Source: a bacterium (GTDB lineage Bacteria > Zhuqueibacterota > Zhuqueibacteria > Residuimicrobiales > Krinioviventaceae). From it: a stretch of 64,000 nucleotides of DNA. The position numbers and the translations under genes were made by a program. This document shows positions 28,068 through 38,803 of the stretch, in pieces. A model generated the notes under the pieces. It saw only the letters and a list, made by a program, of their open reading frames with translations, ran no database searches and was not told where the DNA came from. How positions within the stretch are numbered: the first letter of the stretch is position 1; each line of letters opens with the position of its first letter. The stretch is from positions 576,001 through 640,000 of the forward strand of contig CAXXMD010000003.1 in NCBI GenBank assembly GCA_963675755.2. The letters are read 5' to 3'.

Positions 28068-29129
28068 ATGTCCAGGATTTATCAGCGCAAACCGGGTGGG
28101 GTATACTGGATTGATTATTCTGTGAATGGCGAGAGAAAGAGAGAATCAACCGGTTCGTCCAACAAGAAACTTGCAGAACAGATTCTGCATAGACGTCTTG
28201 GAGATGTTGTAAAAGGCAAGTTTGATGTGGTGAACCTGAAAAAGGCTCCCACATTGAACGAGTTTTCTGAAAACTTTTTGCAATGGTCGAAGAGTAACAA
28301 AAGAAGCTGGACTCGTGACCAGACTTCTCTGAACAACCTGCTTCCGTTCTTTGGCAAAACCCGACTCAATGCAATTACTCCCTACCTGGTAGAGCAGTAT
28401 CGTATTGAACGTAAGAAACTCGTGAAAGAAGCTACAATAAATCGTGAAGTGGCTTTACTGAAGAATATGCTGAACCGTGCTGTAGAATGGCAGTTCATTG
28501 GTAAGAATCCAATTGAGGATTTCAAACTATACAAGGAAAGCACAGGTATCACAAACTTCTTATCCAGGGAAGAATGTGAACGACTGATCGACGCAAGTTC
28601 TGACACATTTCAGTGGATCGTTATCACAGCGATCCATACCGGAATGCGTAAGATGGAAATCCTGAATCTCAAGTGGTCACAGGTTAACCTGGAAAGTGGT
28701 ATGATCATGTTACATGAAACCAAAAACGGTAAACCCCGTTACATTCCACTTGACCGGACCATGATTGATCTGCTGAATAGTATTCCACATCGCAGCGATT
28801 ATGTATTCGCTCAGAAAAACGGTGAACCCTATTCCTGGATTGGTCGTGCCTGGAAAAATGCCACAGCTAAAGCTGATGTCAACCTTCGCTTTCATGATCT
28901 TCGCCATACATTTGCCAGCCATCTGGTGATGGCAGGAGTTGATCTGCCCACAGTCAAGGAATTACTGGGGCACAGTTCCATCAGTATGGTGATGCGTTAT
29001 GCCCATTTGTCACCGGAGCACAAACAGAAAGCCGTTAGAGCCCTGGACAGGGTATTTGAAAGTAATATTGGCACAAATGTGGCACACGGCACAAATATTC
29101 ACGATATTAAGGAAGCAGTAAATTACTGA
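28068..29129 (+). CDS. int: Tyrosine recombinase/phage integrase
   Basis: N-terminal arm-binding region; TGMRKMEIL (R), ETKNG (K), HDLRH, LLGHS, RYAH (Y). Confidence 0.96.
   Translation: MSRIYQRKPGGVYWIDYSVNGERKRESTGSSNKKLAEQILHRRLGDVVKGKFDVVNLKKAPTLNEFSENFLQWSKSNKRSWTRDQTSLNNLLPFFGKTRLNAITPYLVEQYRIERKKLVKEATINREVALLKNMLNRAVEWQFIGKNPIEDFKLYKESTGITNFLSREECERLIDASSDTFQWIVITAIHTGMRKMEILNLKWSQVNLESGMIMLHETKNGKPRYIPLDRTMIDLLNSIPHRSDYVFAQKNGEPYSWIGRAWKNATAKADVNLRFHDLRHTFASHLVMAGVDLPTVKELLGHSSISMVMRYAHLSPEHKQKAVRALDRVFESNIGTNVAHGTNIHDIKEAVNY
29068..29096 (+). repeat. Putative integrase arm-type sites (right)
   Basis: TTGGCACAAATGTGGCACAC-GGCACAAAT; three GGCACA units within the 3' end of int. Confidence 0.7.
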
Positions 29130-29167
29130 TTTTATGAAACTTATTAAACACTCAATTCTCTCAGAAA

Positions 29168-29216
29168 ATCGGCCTGTCAAGCCGAAGGTCGCGGGTTCAA
29201 GTCCCGTCGGCCCCGC
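29168..29216 (+). repeat. attR, 49-bp duplicate of the tRNA-Asp 3' part
   Basis: Identical to 6628-6676. Confidence 0.95.
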
Positions 29217-29248
29217 AAAAAGCCTCAGAGATTTTCTGGGGCTTTTTT
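29217..29248 (+). terminator. Displaced original tRNA terminator (bidirectional-type)
   Basis: AAAAAGCCTCAGA-GATTT-TCTGGGGCTTTTTT directly after attR. Confidence 0.75.
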
Positions 29249-29496
29249 GTTTTCAGAGGGCTAAAAGTGGTCGTCCCTAATTCACTTCGGGATTGGCCCA
29301 ACAGCAATCACTTTTTATTACTTGTCCATACTGTCCTACTTAAACATGCCACTCTTTAACTTACAGTTTTCGTAACAATAAATAAAAAAAGCGCCGATCA
29401 CTATATATAAAATAGTGCACCGACGCTTGAATAGTATTAAAATTAATAACGGTTAAATCTGAATACCAGCAGGTTTAACAGGATATAAAATCCGTA

Positions 29497-30339
29497 TTAC
29501 TTTTGCTTGCTATATATGTTAACTACTTTTGCTGCAATCTTGCGTAAAAATTCTGCTGTTTCCGGTTCTACAACTTCCGGAACATATTTAATTTTTTCCG
29601 GGGACACGTTAAAAATCGTTCCGAACCAAACACAACCCGATAAATATTCTCCAGTATCTAATGCATGGTAACCATCATCATTCCAAAGATAAACATTTGA
29701 ATTTTCTTTGTATGAAAGGTAATATGCATTACCGGACAATAATAACCTAAATTTTGTACGCTCTGCTAAATCATTATAACATTTAACAAGGCGTGTGTGC
29801 ATTTCATCCCGGGTAATTCCAAATTCTTTTAACCGAGGACAAATGGGACTGTATGCCCATGTTTGATGGATCATAATTTCTGCAGAAGGAGCGTGTTCTT
29901 TTATGAAATCAATCAAAATCTCAGTATATGGGTGATAATCTTCAGGCTTGAAACTTGAAGCACTTACTTGTTGTATAGTGATAATATCATAATTCTTTTC
30001 TGTTAATATTTCCTCAAGAGTAGCAGTCCCATCACGATAGGGTTTTAGTGTGCTATCTTTTTCACAAGCTGCAATCAGGTCGGCGTGCTTTTGAAGGGAA
30101 GCGCCTCCAATATTGGCTCTTGAGATATTGATCTCATAGCCAGGTACCGATTCAGTTATTTCATCAAGATACTCTAGAGCATTCTCTGCAAAACTATTCC
30201 CAATAGTAAGCAAATTTATTGAACTTTTCACCCGGGATGAACTGTCTGTTGCTTCGTTCTGTTTGTCATTGGTACAAGAAAAAAAAGCTACAGCTACAAT
30301 AGCTAAAACATAGATGCTCTGTTTAAATTTTAAACTCAT
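29497..30339 (-). CDS. SGNH-like lipoprotein (DUF4886-like)
   Basis: Lipobox FFSC; LLTIGNSF; HQTWAY; DGYH (DxxH). Confidence 0.75.
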   Translation of the reverse strand: MSLKFKQSIYVLAIVAVAFFSCTNDKQNEATDSSSRVKSSINLLTIGNSFAENALEYLDEITESVPGYEINISRANIGGASLQKHADLIAACEKDSTLKPYRDGTATLEEILTEKNYDIITIQQVSASSFKPEDYHPYTEILIDFIKEHAPSAEIMIHQTWAYSPICPRLKEFGITRDEMHTRLVKCYNDLAERTKFRLLLSGNAYYLSYKENSNVYLWNDDGYHALDTGEYLSGCVWFGTIFNVSPEKIKYVPEVVEPETAEFLRKIAAKVVNIYSKQK

Positions 30340-30468
30340 ATTATATTTTTCTCCTAATTTGTTCTCAAAAAACTACTCATCTCAAACCTGTAATCCATCA
30401 AAATTAACAATCATTATTTATAAATCAATTGGTTTTTATGAAATGTCCAAAAGCCAGGATAACAGGAG

Positions 30469-30497
30469 CGTGCCGGAGTTAACAACACTCCGGCACG
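30469..30497. terminator. GC-rich hairpin downstream of the GH31 gene
   Basis: CGTGCCGGAGT-TAACAAC-ACTCCGGCACG. Confidence 0.5.
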
Positions 30498-30525
30498 TAT
30501 ATATCATAATCCGCAATTATGAACA

Positions 30526-32919
30526 CTAATTTTTACTGATCCTGATCAGACCTGATTGTTTGTCATTCTTTTTACGTACATACATTTTATTCTGTTCGGT
30601 ATCCAGATACCAACCATCCGCCGTTGCCTGAAGAAAAGCCTTTTTACTTTTAAATTCTTGTAAAGACACGGAATTCTTTTCACCAGCGGTAACCTGGCTC
30701 GGAGATACTTTTGACGGCATATGTATTCTCAGAATACAATTCATTTCCGAACCGACCCACCGGAGTTTGATTTCATTTTTGGTCTGTTCGGCAGAAATAT
30801 TTACAGGGCCTTCGCGATCATTCATAGTAAATTCACTTGTACCGTTTGCTTTCGGCCATATTGCAAGGGTGAGGTATCCTTTTGATTGTTCCGAGCCGAA
30901 ACCGGATACTGAATTACTGGGTTCCACTGGAACAATGGCGCCTTCACGAACATATAACGGAAAACTCCACAAGCCATCTTTTCCATTTTTTTCCCAATGG
31001 ATAGTTTGTTCGCCGGAATAAGCGCTATCATCCCAGAAATCATACCATGTTCCTGCGGGAAGATAAACATCACGTTTATTGTCAGGATTAAGAACAGGAG
31101 CGACAAGGATCCACGGCCCAACAGTGTACTGGTCGCTTATCTTCCGACAATTCAGGTCATCTTCAAATGTCCACACCAATGGACGGCAGACCGGTGCACC
31201 AGTTTCCGCAGATTCATTACCCAAACTCATCCAATAGGGTGTCAGGTCAGTATGCAGCCAGCACAAATAGCGGTAATGCTCAACAGCCTTTTCCGAATAC
31301 CACCACGGCATGTTCAGGGTTTGCATACCCGGCAGCATGGCGCCAAACTGTGCCCAGCGTATCCAAACTGTTTCAGATGGTGGTCGACCCTCGAAACCGC
31401 CAATATCAGTAGAAAGAAACGGTAGACCGCAGAATGCCAGGGACAGTGAAGACTTTACCGATCCTGCTAGACCGGTATCGCTGAAATCACCATTCAGATC
31501 ACCTGGCCATTTGAAATTTGTATAATGACCCGAACCAACCCAAGCGGCGCGGGGTATGGTAATAAAATCATTTGGACAGTTTTTTTCAAGTATCTCGTAA
31601 AAGACTTTATTATATTGCCGGGAATAAGAATTGTGAACATCTTTGCCCTGCAGACCATTGTATAACAAGGCATCCTTTGGCAGGTCCTGACCGGCATCCA
31701 GTTTAAAGCCTCTAATACCCAAATCAATTGCCTTTTTAATTTCCTGTTGCCACCATTTGCAAGCTTTAGGATTAAAAAAATCGATATAATCATAAGATTC
31801 ATCATCCAGTTCGCCACTACTTGTGATGGTAGTCTCATTACTATTTGTTTCGGCATCGGGATTATGGACAAAATAATCGTGATCATTTGCGTATTGCCAG
31901 TTGGACGCTCCAGGATTTGTATAAGGTACAGTCCATGCAAGGGTTTTAACACCCAGGCTGTTCAGTTCACTAATCACACCTTTTAAATCGGTTGAGAACG
32001 TATCATTAGGAACAAAAGTTGTTCGAGCTGTCTGCCAGGGTGGTTCAAACCAGACCACACCAACCGGAATGTTCAAACTGTGTAGTCGTTTAACCGCTGC
32101 CGGGAATTGTTCACCCTTTAATGTATTTATATCCGCACCCGGAATGTCAGGATCCCCCATTAACCAGAACCATGGCTGATATGCCCAGCGCGGTGGTTTA
32201 ACAAGCTTACCAGTGTAATTAATATAACTCTTGACTACCGAGGCAATAGAGGTCCCCGCAAACAAGGTAAAATCCAGTTCACTTATCTGCGCACAATAAC
32301 TCAATTTTGATTTTTCGGTTTGCCCCACATCAAAATGGACCGCGCCACCATAATTCAACAAAAACCCATAATGGCGGGTCGACACATAATACGGCATATA
32401 AGCGCATTCATCAGGTGTTCCCGGCTTGTCCCAAATATCAAGTGATTTACCTCGCTGCGCTATACCGCCATTCCAGGTTTCGCCGAATCCGTAAATCTCT
32501 TCCTGCGGATAAAGAACTGCGGCTCCCCTGACAGAATCCACGGTAACGCCTACCGGTTTTACCACAAAATGGAATGCCGATCCTTCCTTAAATTCAATAC
32601 AGACATTAACGGGTGTATCATCACCTAGTGCTGCGTTCAGTAATACTGACTCGTTATTAGATTGTGTTACATCAATTATTTTTTGTAGATGTCGCCACTC
32701 ACCTTGAATCTTAAAAGCAGGGGGAATTGCATCAAGGAAGAGGATTTCCCCTTCAAGGCTTGATATTTTTATACTCCAGTTCTGTTTATCAAGAGATAAA
32801 AGCGCTTGAGGGGTATTAATTTGAATACTTTTTTCATTAATGCTGATCCGGGCAAACAGGTTAATATGGAAAAACAAGCATAATATAATCGTTGCGCTCA
32901 GCCTAAATTTAGAGTTCAC
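30526..32919 (-). CDS. GH31 alpha-glycosidase
   Basis: IYGFGE, PPRWA, GFKLDAGQ (nucleophile), KWPGD, STDIGGF, WIRWAQFG, YLPAGTWYDFW, PLYVREGAIVP. Confidence 0.9.
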   Translation of the reverse strand: MNSKFRLSATIILCLFFHINLFARISINEKSIQINTPQALLSLDKQNWSIKISSLEGEILFLDAIPPAFKIQGEWRHLQKIIDVTQSNNESVLLNAALGDDTPVNVCIEFKEGSAFHFVVKPVGVTVDSVRGAAVLYPQEEIYGFGETWNGGIAQRGKSLDIWDKPGTPDECAYMPYYVSTRHYGFLLNYGGAVHFDVGQTEKSKLSYCAQISELDFTLFAGTSIASVVKSYINYTGKLVKPPRWAYQPWFWLMGDPDIPGADINTLKGEQFPAAVKRLHSLNIPVGVVWFEPPWQTARTTFVPNDTFSTDLKGVISELNSLGVKTLAWTVPYTNPGASNWQYANDHDYFVHNPDAETNSNETTITSSGELDDESYDYIDFFNPKACKWWQQEIKKAIDLGIRGFKLDAGQDLPKDALLYNGLQGKDVHNSYSRQYNKVFYEILEKNCPNDFITIPRAAWVGSGHYTNFKWPGDLNGDFSDTGLAGSVKSSLSLAFCGLPFLSTDIGGFEGRPPSETVWIRWAQFGAMLPGMQTLNMPWWYSEKAVEHYRYLCWLHTDLTPYWMSLGNESAETGAPVCRPLVWTFEDDLNCRKISDQYTVGPWILVAPVLNPDNKRDVYLPAGTWYDFWDDSAYSGEQTIHWEKNGKDGLWSFPLYVREGAIVPVEPSNSVSGFGSEQSKGYLTLAIWPKANGTSEFTMNDREGPVNISAEQTKNEIKLRWVGSEMNCILRIHMPSKVSPSQVTAGEKNSVSLQEFKSKKAFLQATADGWYLDTEQNKMYVRKKNDKQSGLIRISKN

Positions 32920-32970
32920 ATTGTCTCCTTTCTATATAAATCATACAACATTTAATGACAAATTTCAACT

Positions 32971-32999
32971 AATTGCCCGGCCACAAGGGCCGGGCAATT
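32971..32999. terminator. Intergenic hairpin/terminator
   Basis: AATTGCCCGGCC-ACAAG-GGCCGGGCAATT perfect stem. Confidence 0.55.
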
Positions 33000-33075
33000 T
33001 ATCAAGTAAAACATAAGGGGAGGAACCTTACTTGACACGGACATTTGCCATTAATTTACTACAAATCACATCAGC

Positions 33076-34173
33076 TTATTGCGACAATACAAGCTTTATG
33101 TTTTCTGCATACTCGCCAGCCTGTAATCTACAAAAGTATGTTCCGCTGGATAATCCTTTTGGCTGCCAAACAATTTCATGTTGACCTTTTGTTTGAAATC
33201 CATTTACCAGGGTATCAATTTTCTGTCCATTAATGTTATAGACATTTAGAGATACATAACCAGATTCATGTAAATCATATTGGATTCTGGTCGCAGGATT
33301 AAATGGATTGGGATAAGCCGGGTACAATTTATTGGTATTGGGAACCAGGTGGTCTTTCTCAACACTGGTTTCAACGATTTCGCAATTTTCAACACTGTAG
33401 CCATCATCCATATCATAAACCGCCATATCATCGATATAGCAGACTGCTTCATTACCACCCGCGTCAGAAAGGCTTGAATACATTCCCAATGCCCAGTAAA
33501 TGTCACAGGTGCCCTCTACAAAATTCTCAAATAGTGTCCGCTGATTGTACTGTTCATCGAGTAGGGTACCATTCTTGAAAACCCGATAGTACCCATCAGT
33601 TTCGGTCGTCCAGTACATCTCAAGTATGTAGGTTGTCCATTCGCCCCGATCATAGGAAGTGATTGTTTGGTGACAGTCAGGTTCTGCTCTAAAATCAAAA
33701 GAGACGGAGCTGGTACTCTTGGTAAGGGTTATTTGATTAAAAATTCCGTAACCAATATCGCAAATGCAAGGCCGGTACGTGTCATCCCCGTACTCACAGG
33801 GATAGGTTTTCCATTGGGAAACGAGCATCCAATTTACACCCACACCATCGAGAAAGTCGGATGGATAGTACACCTTCCAGGTGTAGATATAACTCTTTCC
33901 GACGGTATCTAATCGCCGTTCAGGTGAGGTTTGGTATTCAGATCGCGTGGACCCGAATGGACTACGAACTTTGAGAACTCTTGAAGACGTATTGCGCCCT
34001 GAAGGATCCGGATTTTCAACAACCGTCACCCCTCCTCCATTCCTTGTATCAACCAACTGTTGACCAATGTCAGGGATGATCATTCCAGACTCAAAAGTTG
34101 CTTGAAACTTGGGGGCGGAAAAGGCGCAAGTCACCAATAATAACATAATCGAGAAGAATACCTTTGATTTCAT
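33076..34173 (-). CDS. Secreted polysaccharide-lyase-like (heparinase I/PL13/PL20 jelly-roll type) protein with C-terminal sorting domain
   Basis: Signal peptide; RSE...YTWKVYYP...VSQWK...GEW...GYYRVFKNG...WALGMY; YPNPFNPATRIQY C-terminal domain. Confidence 0.65.
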   Translation of the reverse strand: MKSKVFFSIMLLLVTCAFSAPKFQATFESGMIIPDIGQQLVDTRNGGGVTVVENPDPSGRNTSSRVLKVRSPFGSTRSEYQTSPERRLDTVGKSYIYTWKVYYPSDFLDGVGVNWMLVSQWKTYPCEYGDDTYRPCICDIGYGIFNQITLTKSTSSVSFDFRAEPDCHQTITSYDRGEWTTYILEMYWTTETDGYYRVFKNGTLLDEQYNQRTLFENFVEGTCDIYWALGMYSSLSDAGGNEAVCYIDDMAVYDMDDGYSVENCEIVETSVEKDHLVPNTNKLYPAYPNPFNPATRIQYDLHESGYVSLNVYNINGQKIDTLVNGFQTKGQHEIVWQPKGLSSGTYFCRLQAGEYAENIKLVLSQ

Positions 34174-34320
34174 TTTTTACTTCTCCCAAATTTTAGTTCT
34201 ATCCAATTTATTTCACTCATCATGATTAAACATTTAATTATCATATACTGTTTGTGTCTGAATATTTTGAATTCTAAACAACTATCTTGATTTTTTTTGT
34301 TCGTTTACATTTCCAACCTT

Positions 34321-35616
34321 TTACTCCACACCAAGCATTTTAAACAGCCATTTTTGTGATGCTTCCTCCTGCTCCGGAAACACCCAGTGTCCGGTATCCA
34401 ACGCTAACAGCAGTTCTTTGGGTGCGGTTATCACATTGTATGCTGAATACATGGATGTAGGCGGACATACGTTGTCATTATAGCCCCACGAATACCAGCC
34501 CGGCACCTTGAGCTGTTTAGCAAAATTTACTACATCGTAATATTTGCTGGTCTCTATCTTGTCTTCCTTGACATTAAAAACTTTATTATCTTCATTAAAC
34601 ATGTGTGGCCAACCTCCGGCCCTGCCATACAGATAACCGGTAAGGTCACACAAGGCAGGAACAAAGGCAGCAAGGCATTTAACGCGAGAGTCTAGTCCGG
34701 CAGTAACAATAGACAATGCACCTCCCTGGCTGCCGCCGAAAACAGCAAGATTTTCACCGTCAAACTCGGGCAGACTGTATATAAAATCGATTGCGCGTAC
34801 ACAACCCAAATATACTCTTTTGTAATAATAACGGTCCTTATCATCCAGATTATAGAACCAGTAATTGCCTAAAGCTGCGCTCCTTAAATTATAATACACA
34901 TCTCCTTCTATATTCACCGGTATACCGTGAATACCTATAGCAAAAGAGATCACGCCCTTTCCCGCCAGTTCAGGTTCACCTTGATGAGCCCCAACACCTG
35001 CACCAGGGACCTGCAATATCGCCGGCACCTTACCCTCTGTTTTAGGTACGCACAGAATGCCATACAATCGTGAATCCTTTTTTTCATTCTGTAGATTCAC
35101 ATGATACACATTCACCTTTGAGGTACAACGCTCCGGAATAAGGGTCACGATTGGATCCATCGGGATTTTGGCGGCTTTTTGTTTTTCCTGCTCCCAGAAC
35201 TCAACAAAATCCTTAGGTAATGTTGTAGTCGGGACAATATCGAGCGGGGCGAACCCTGCTGTTGCATAACTTTTGTATTCCCTGCCGTCTACAGTGGCTG
35301 TAGCCCAGCAGCGCAGGAATCCCGGTTCTTTCATCGTACCACCGTCAATGGTGATAGAGCCAGATTTCAACACTTCGGTTTTTGTTTTCAGCGTCTGCAT
35401 TTTTTCCGGCTTGATTTCCCATAACACCTCAACATTGGGTACACGATTCCCTGCACGAAGCACGGTAATAGTAAATTTCACCTTTTCACCCACCTCATAC
35501 TGCCAGTTATAATGATCAGGGGCAACAATCACCTTAACGAGCTCTTGCTGGGGCCGGGCACCCAAAAGTATAGATACAAACAGTAAAGATATTAAAACAA
35601 ATAACTTGAATTTCAT
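34321..35616 (-). CDS. Acetylxylan esterase, CE7 family
   Basis: LQVPGAG, YYYKRVYLGCVRAIDF, GGSQGG nucleophile, DNVCPPTS, TGH. Confidence 0.88.
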   Translation of the reverse strand: MKFKLFVLISLLFVSILLGARPQQELVKVIVAPDHYNWQYEVGEKVKFTITVLRAGNRVPNVEVLWEIKPEKMQTLKTKTEVLKSGSITIDGGTMKEPGFLRCWATATVDGREYKSYATAGFAPLDIVPTTTLPKDFVEFWEQEKQKAAKIPMDPIVTLIPERCTSKVNVYHVNLQNEKKDSRLYGILCVPKTEGKVPAILQVPGAGVGAHQGEPELAGKGVISFAIGIHGIPVNIEGDVYYNLRSAALGNYWFYNLDDKDRYYYKRVYLGCVRAIDFIYSLPEFDGENLAVFGGSQGGALSIVTAGLDSRVKCLAAFVPALCDLTGYLYGRAGGWPHMFNEDNKVFNVKEDKIETSKYYDVVNFAKQLKVPGWYSWGYNDNVCPPTSMYSAYNVITAPKELLLALDTGHWVFPEQEEASQKWLFKMLGVE

Positions 35617-35673
35617 CCCGCAATCTCCTTTTTCAGCAAGTCATTAAATTTGACTATTTTCTGATAATTATCT

Positions 35674-37122
35674 TTATTGTATTTCAACTCGTAAAACATA
35701 GCCATATTCTAAAAGACGCTTTGCCGGTAATTGAACAGCAAGTCCTTCTTCCGTCTGTATCCATTTTATCTTTGCATCACTGCCAAGCAGAGAGAGATTT
35801 TTTATTTCAGGAGCAAAATCCATTTGATTGGATAGGGATTTAATGGTCACGGTACCATCATCGGGCCATACCAGTGCCATAATATAAAGGTTATTGTCTT
35901 TTTGACTGAACCAGAAATCCTGTTCGGAAAAATCACTGCGAAAGCCATCTTTTTCGCGTTGTCTGGTACTTTTAATTTCAATTTTTGTAGGCCCTTCATG
36001 GGTCACATCCCATGAATGCGTTCCATAAATCGCTTCACCATTAATGGACATCCATTCACCAATTTTTTGCAATTGATCGATACTTTTCCGAGGTATCGTT
36101 CCATCACCTTTGGGACCAATGTTGAGCAAATAATTGCCGCCCTTGCTGGCAATTTCCATGATCCAATAAATCAATTCCCGGGTTGATTTCCAGTCCACAT
36201 CGTAGCTTTTATAGCCCCATGTGTTATTTAGTGTTCCGGGAGTTTCCCAAAAGACATCGTGAGTTTCTTCAGCATCCGGAATTTTATTATCACCGGTTAC
36301 CCAATAGTCACCAAAATCATTACCTACACGGCTGTTAATCAAACAATTGGGTTGAATGTCATAAGCCAGTTTATAAAATTCAAAACTTTGTTCAGGGTTC
36401 ATATGACGTGGTACATCATACCAAATTTCGACAAGGTTGGGGAGATTGTTAAGCAGTTCGGTCATTTGTGGTTTGGCCTTGATTTTGAGGTATTCCTCGT
36501 AAGATACAGGTGCGGGGTCCCACATATTTGCGGGCCAGTCTGCCCATTCGCTGGTATCCTCAGGGGTTTCCTGCATATATTTACTAACTCCCGCATCACC
36601 GCCATCCATCCAATCGGTGGAATGGGAATAATAAATACCAAAACGTAATCCCTCTTTTTCACAGGCATCTGAAAGCGCCTTGATTGGATCAATGTTAAAA
36701 GGAGTACTGTCAATAATATCATAATCCGTCACTTTTGAATCATACATTGCAAAGCCATCATGGTGTTTCGGCATGGCGACAATATAACGCATACCCGCAG
36801 CCTTTGCCAGTTTGACCCAAGCCTCAGCATCAAATTGGACCGGGTTGAACTGGCCACACAATTGTTTGTACTCTGCCCTGGGAATTTGTGCATGATAAAA
36901 TATCCATTCACCCAATCCCGGAATCTTCTCGCCCTTCCAAATACCGGCAGGCTGTGAGTAGACTCCCCAGTGGATAAACATACCAAACTTGAGTTCATTA
37001 AATTCGTTCAATGCGTCACTTTTAGTTTTGTGCATTTCGTTCCATTTTTGCTGCAATGAATCATTTGCAAAAAGGATACTGTTTAATAGTAATAGCAAAA
37101 GTAACAGATATTTTTTATTCAT
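35674..37122 (-). CDS. GH29 alpha-L-fucosidase
   Basis: KFGMFIHWGVYS, GEW, KHHDGF, IWYD, NSRVG, WETPGTLNNTWGY, GGNYLLNIGP. Confidence 0.93.
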   Translation of the reverse strand: MNKKYLLLLLLLLNSILFANDSLQQKWNEMHKTKSDALNEFNELKFGMFIHWGVYSQPAGIWKGEKIPGLGEWIFYHAQIPRAEYKQLCGQFNPVQFDAEAWVKLAKAAGMRYIVAMPKHHDGFAMYDSKVTDYDIIDSTPFNIDPIKALSDACEKEGLRFGIYYSHSTDWMDGGDAGVSKYMQETPEDTSEWADWPANMWDPAPVSYEEYLKIKAKPQMTELLNNLPNLVEIWYDVPRHMNPEQSFEFYKLAYDIQPNCLINSRVGNDFGDYWVTGDNKIPDAEETHDVFWETPGTLNNTWGYKSYDVDWKSTRELIYWIMEIASKGGNYLLNIGPKGDGTIPRKSIDQLQKIGEWMSINGEAIYGTHSWDVTHEGPTKIEIKSTRQREKDGFRSDFSEQDFWFSQKDNNLYIMALVWPDDGTVTIKSLSNQMDFAPEIKNLSLLGSDAKIKWIQTEEGLAVQLPAKRLLEYGYVLRVEIQ

Positions 37123-37183
37123 TTTAATTAATCCTTTTAAAGACAAATTTCTCTCTTGAATTTAAATACATAAGGACAACTGC

Positions 37184-38650
37184 CTAGCCAAACTGATAAT
37201 TGTTTTGCATTCTAAATGGATAACCGTATGTCACAATATCTAACGGTTTTGTCTTTTTCCAATCACCTCTGGAAAAGTCAGGAAATTGCTGTGGAGCCCC
37301 GTTTTGGGCCACAGATACTTCACTTAATGGTGCTACAGCACTCCAAAAGCAGCCTTCGTATACATTCTGATCCAGAGGTTCACCTTTTCGCAGACATTCA
37401 ATGATCCGGTAACGCATAATAAAATCCATGCCACCATGGCCGCCCATTTTTTCAGCAAGTCTACCCAAACGTTTATAAAGCGGATGATCATATTTTTCAT
37501 AAACGGCATCCAGTTGTTCGCCTTGTACCCAATCATGATGAGAGTCAGTTGCTCCTGCAATACCGCCTTCTAAAGCAATTCGGGTGGGAAATCCGGCCAA
37601 TGTGCCTTTTGTACCCTGAATTAAATTGTGACGCGAATAGGGACGGGGGCTGGTTTCATCCCATTGCACCATGATTGTGCGCCCTAATACTGATTTGATG
37701 ATTGATGTATTAATATCTCCACCGGTAAAATCCAATTTATTCCATTGGTGGTCTTTATCAAAATGCTCAGCAGCATAACGTTTTCGTCCTTTTGCAGGAG
37801 ATGAATATGAAACAAGACTTTTGAAATTATCTTCACTTCGGGCCAGGTTCATGTATTGTGCCACCGGGCCTAATCCATGTGTTGGATAGAGATTCCCATT
37901 ACGTTTTGCATATTGAAAGGTTCGCCACGATCCGGTGCCACGATCCACTTGATCCATCTGGGTGCGTAATTCATGAATATAAGCCGCTTCGCCATGCAGC
38001 AATTCACCAATAACCCCTTGCCGGCACATGTTTAGAAACAAGAGTTCATCCCGGCCATAATTTACATTTTCCATCATCATACAGTGTTGCTGTGTCTTTT
38101 CTGACGTATTGACAATATTCCACATTTCATCAAGTGTTGTTGCTATAGGCACTTCAACAAAGGCGTGAGCACCCTGCTGCATTGCTTCAATCGCCATAGG
38201 CGCATGTAATTGCCAGGGAGTGGCGATAAAAACAGCATCCGGCTTTACCTCTTGAAGCATTTTCTTCCACAAATGCTCACCACCGTGATAAAGAGCAATA
38301 TTATTGTGTCGCTCACCTTTGCCTTTTTCCTTACATTGCGCTGCGATTTTTGTTGCAAGGTCCTCATACAAATCGCTGATAGCAACGATCTCTGTTCCCT
38401 CAATTTCGGCAATCTGTATTGCGTGCTCATGTCCGCGGTCGCCAACACCGATAAATGCGCATCGTACTGTGTCTAATTTTGGCGCAGCAAAATCGCCCAT
38501 ATAATGCGCTCCTGCAAGACGGTTGGGGACAATGCTCGTTTCAGAGGATGTATAAACCCTGACATTTCCCCCCTTACCTGCGCAACCACTCAAAATTCCA
38601 ATTCCAGCTCCCCCGAATATTTTTATAAACTGACGACGTGAACTATTCAT
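37184..38650 (-). CDS. GH109 alpha-N-acetylgalactosaminidase-like (Gfo/Idh/MocA fold), Tat substrate
   Basis: SSRRQFIK Tat motif; IGVGDRG; MMENVNYG; AYIHELR; GNLYPTHGLGP; GGHGGMD. Confidence 0.88.
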   Translation of the reverse strand: MNSSRRQFIKIFGGAGIGILSGCAGKGGNVRVYTSSETSIVPNRLAGAHYMGDFAAPKLDTVRCAFIGVGDRGHEHAIQIAEIEGTEIVAISDLYEDLATKIAAQCKEKGKGERHNNIALYHGGEHLWKKMLQEVKPDAVFIATPWQLHAPMAIEAMQQGAHAFVEVPIATTLDEMWNIVNTSEKTQQHCMMMENVNYGRDELLFLNMCRQGVIGELLHGEAAYIHELRTQMDQVDRGTGSWRTFQYAKRNGNLYPTHGLGPVAQYMNLARSEDNFKSLVSYSSPAKGRKRYAAEHFDKDHQWNKLDFTGGDINTSIIKSVLGRTIMVQWDETSPRPYSRHNLIQGTKGTLAGFPTRIALEGGIAGATDSHHDWVQGEQLDAVYEKYDHPLYKRLGRLAEKMGGHGGMDFIMRYRIIECLRKGEPLDQNVYEGCFWSAVAPLSEVSVAQNGAPQQFPDFSRGDWKKTKPLDIVTYGYPFRMQNNYQFG

Positions 38651-38803
38651 TATATCTCCATGCACAATATTTTTTTAAAAGCATTCGTTGTTTTTATCAA
38701 TCCTTAATTAGGTAAAAAACGACAGGTTATCTATAGCCAGAGAAACCTGCCATTCTGTTTATTTGGAGGAGATTTCTTAAATTTTATTTCGAGTTAAATA
38801 ATA

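Larger units (their letters stand above)
6628..29216. mobile_element. ~22.5-kb tRNA-Asp-integrated genomic island (integrative element/satellite-like) carrying a defence cluster
   Basis: Exact 49-bp direct repeats at both ends, tyrosine integrase next to the right repeat, excisionase-like genes, visibly more AT-rich cargo than the flanks. Confidence 0.93.

Noticed and set aside
29168-29216. Apparent second tRNA-Asp
   Set aside because: It lacks the 5' acceptor strand and D arm; it is the attR duplicate.
6628-29216. Prophage or conjugative ICE
   Set aside because: No capsid, terminase, tail, lysis, relaxase or T4SS genes are recognisable.
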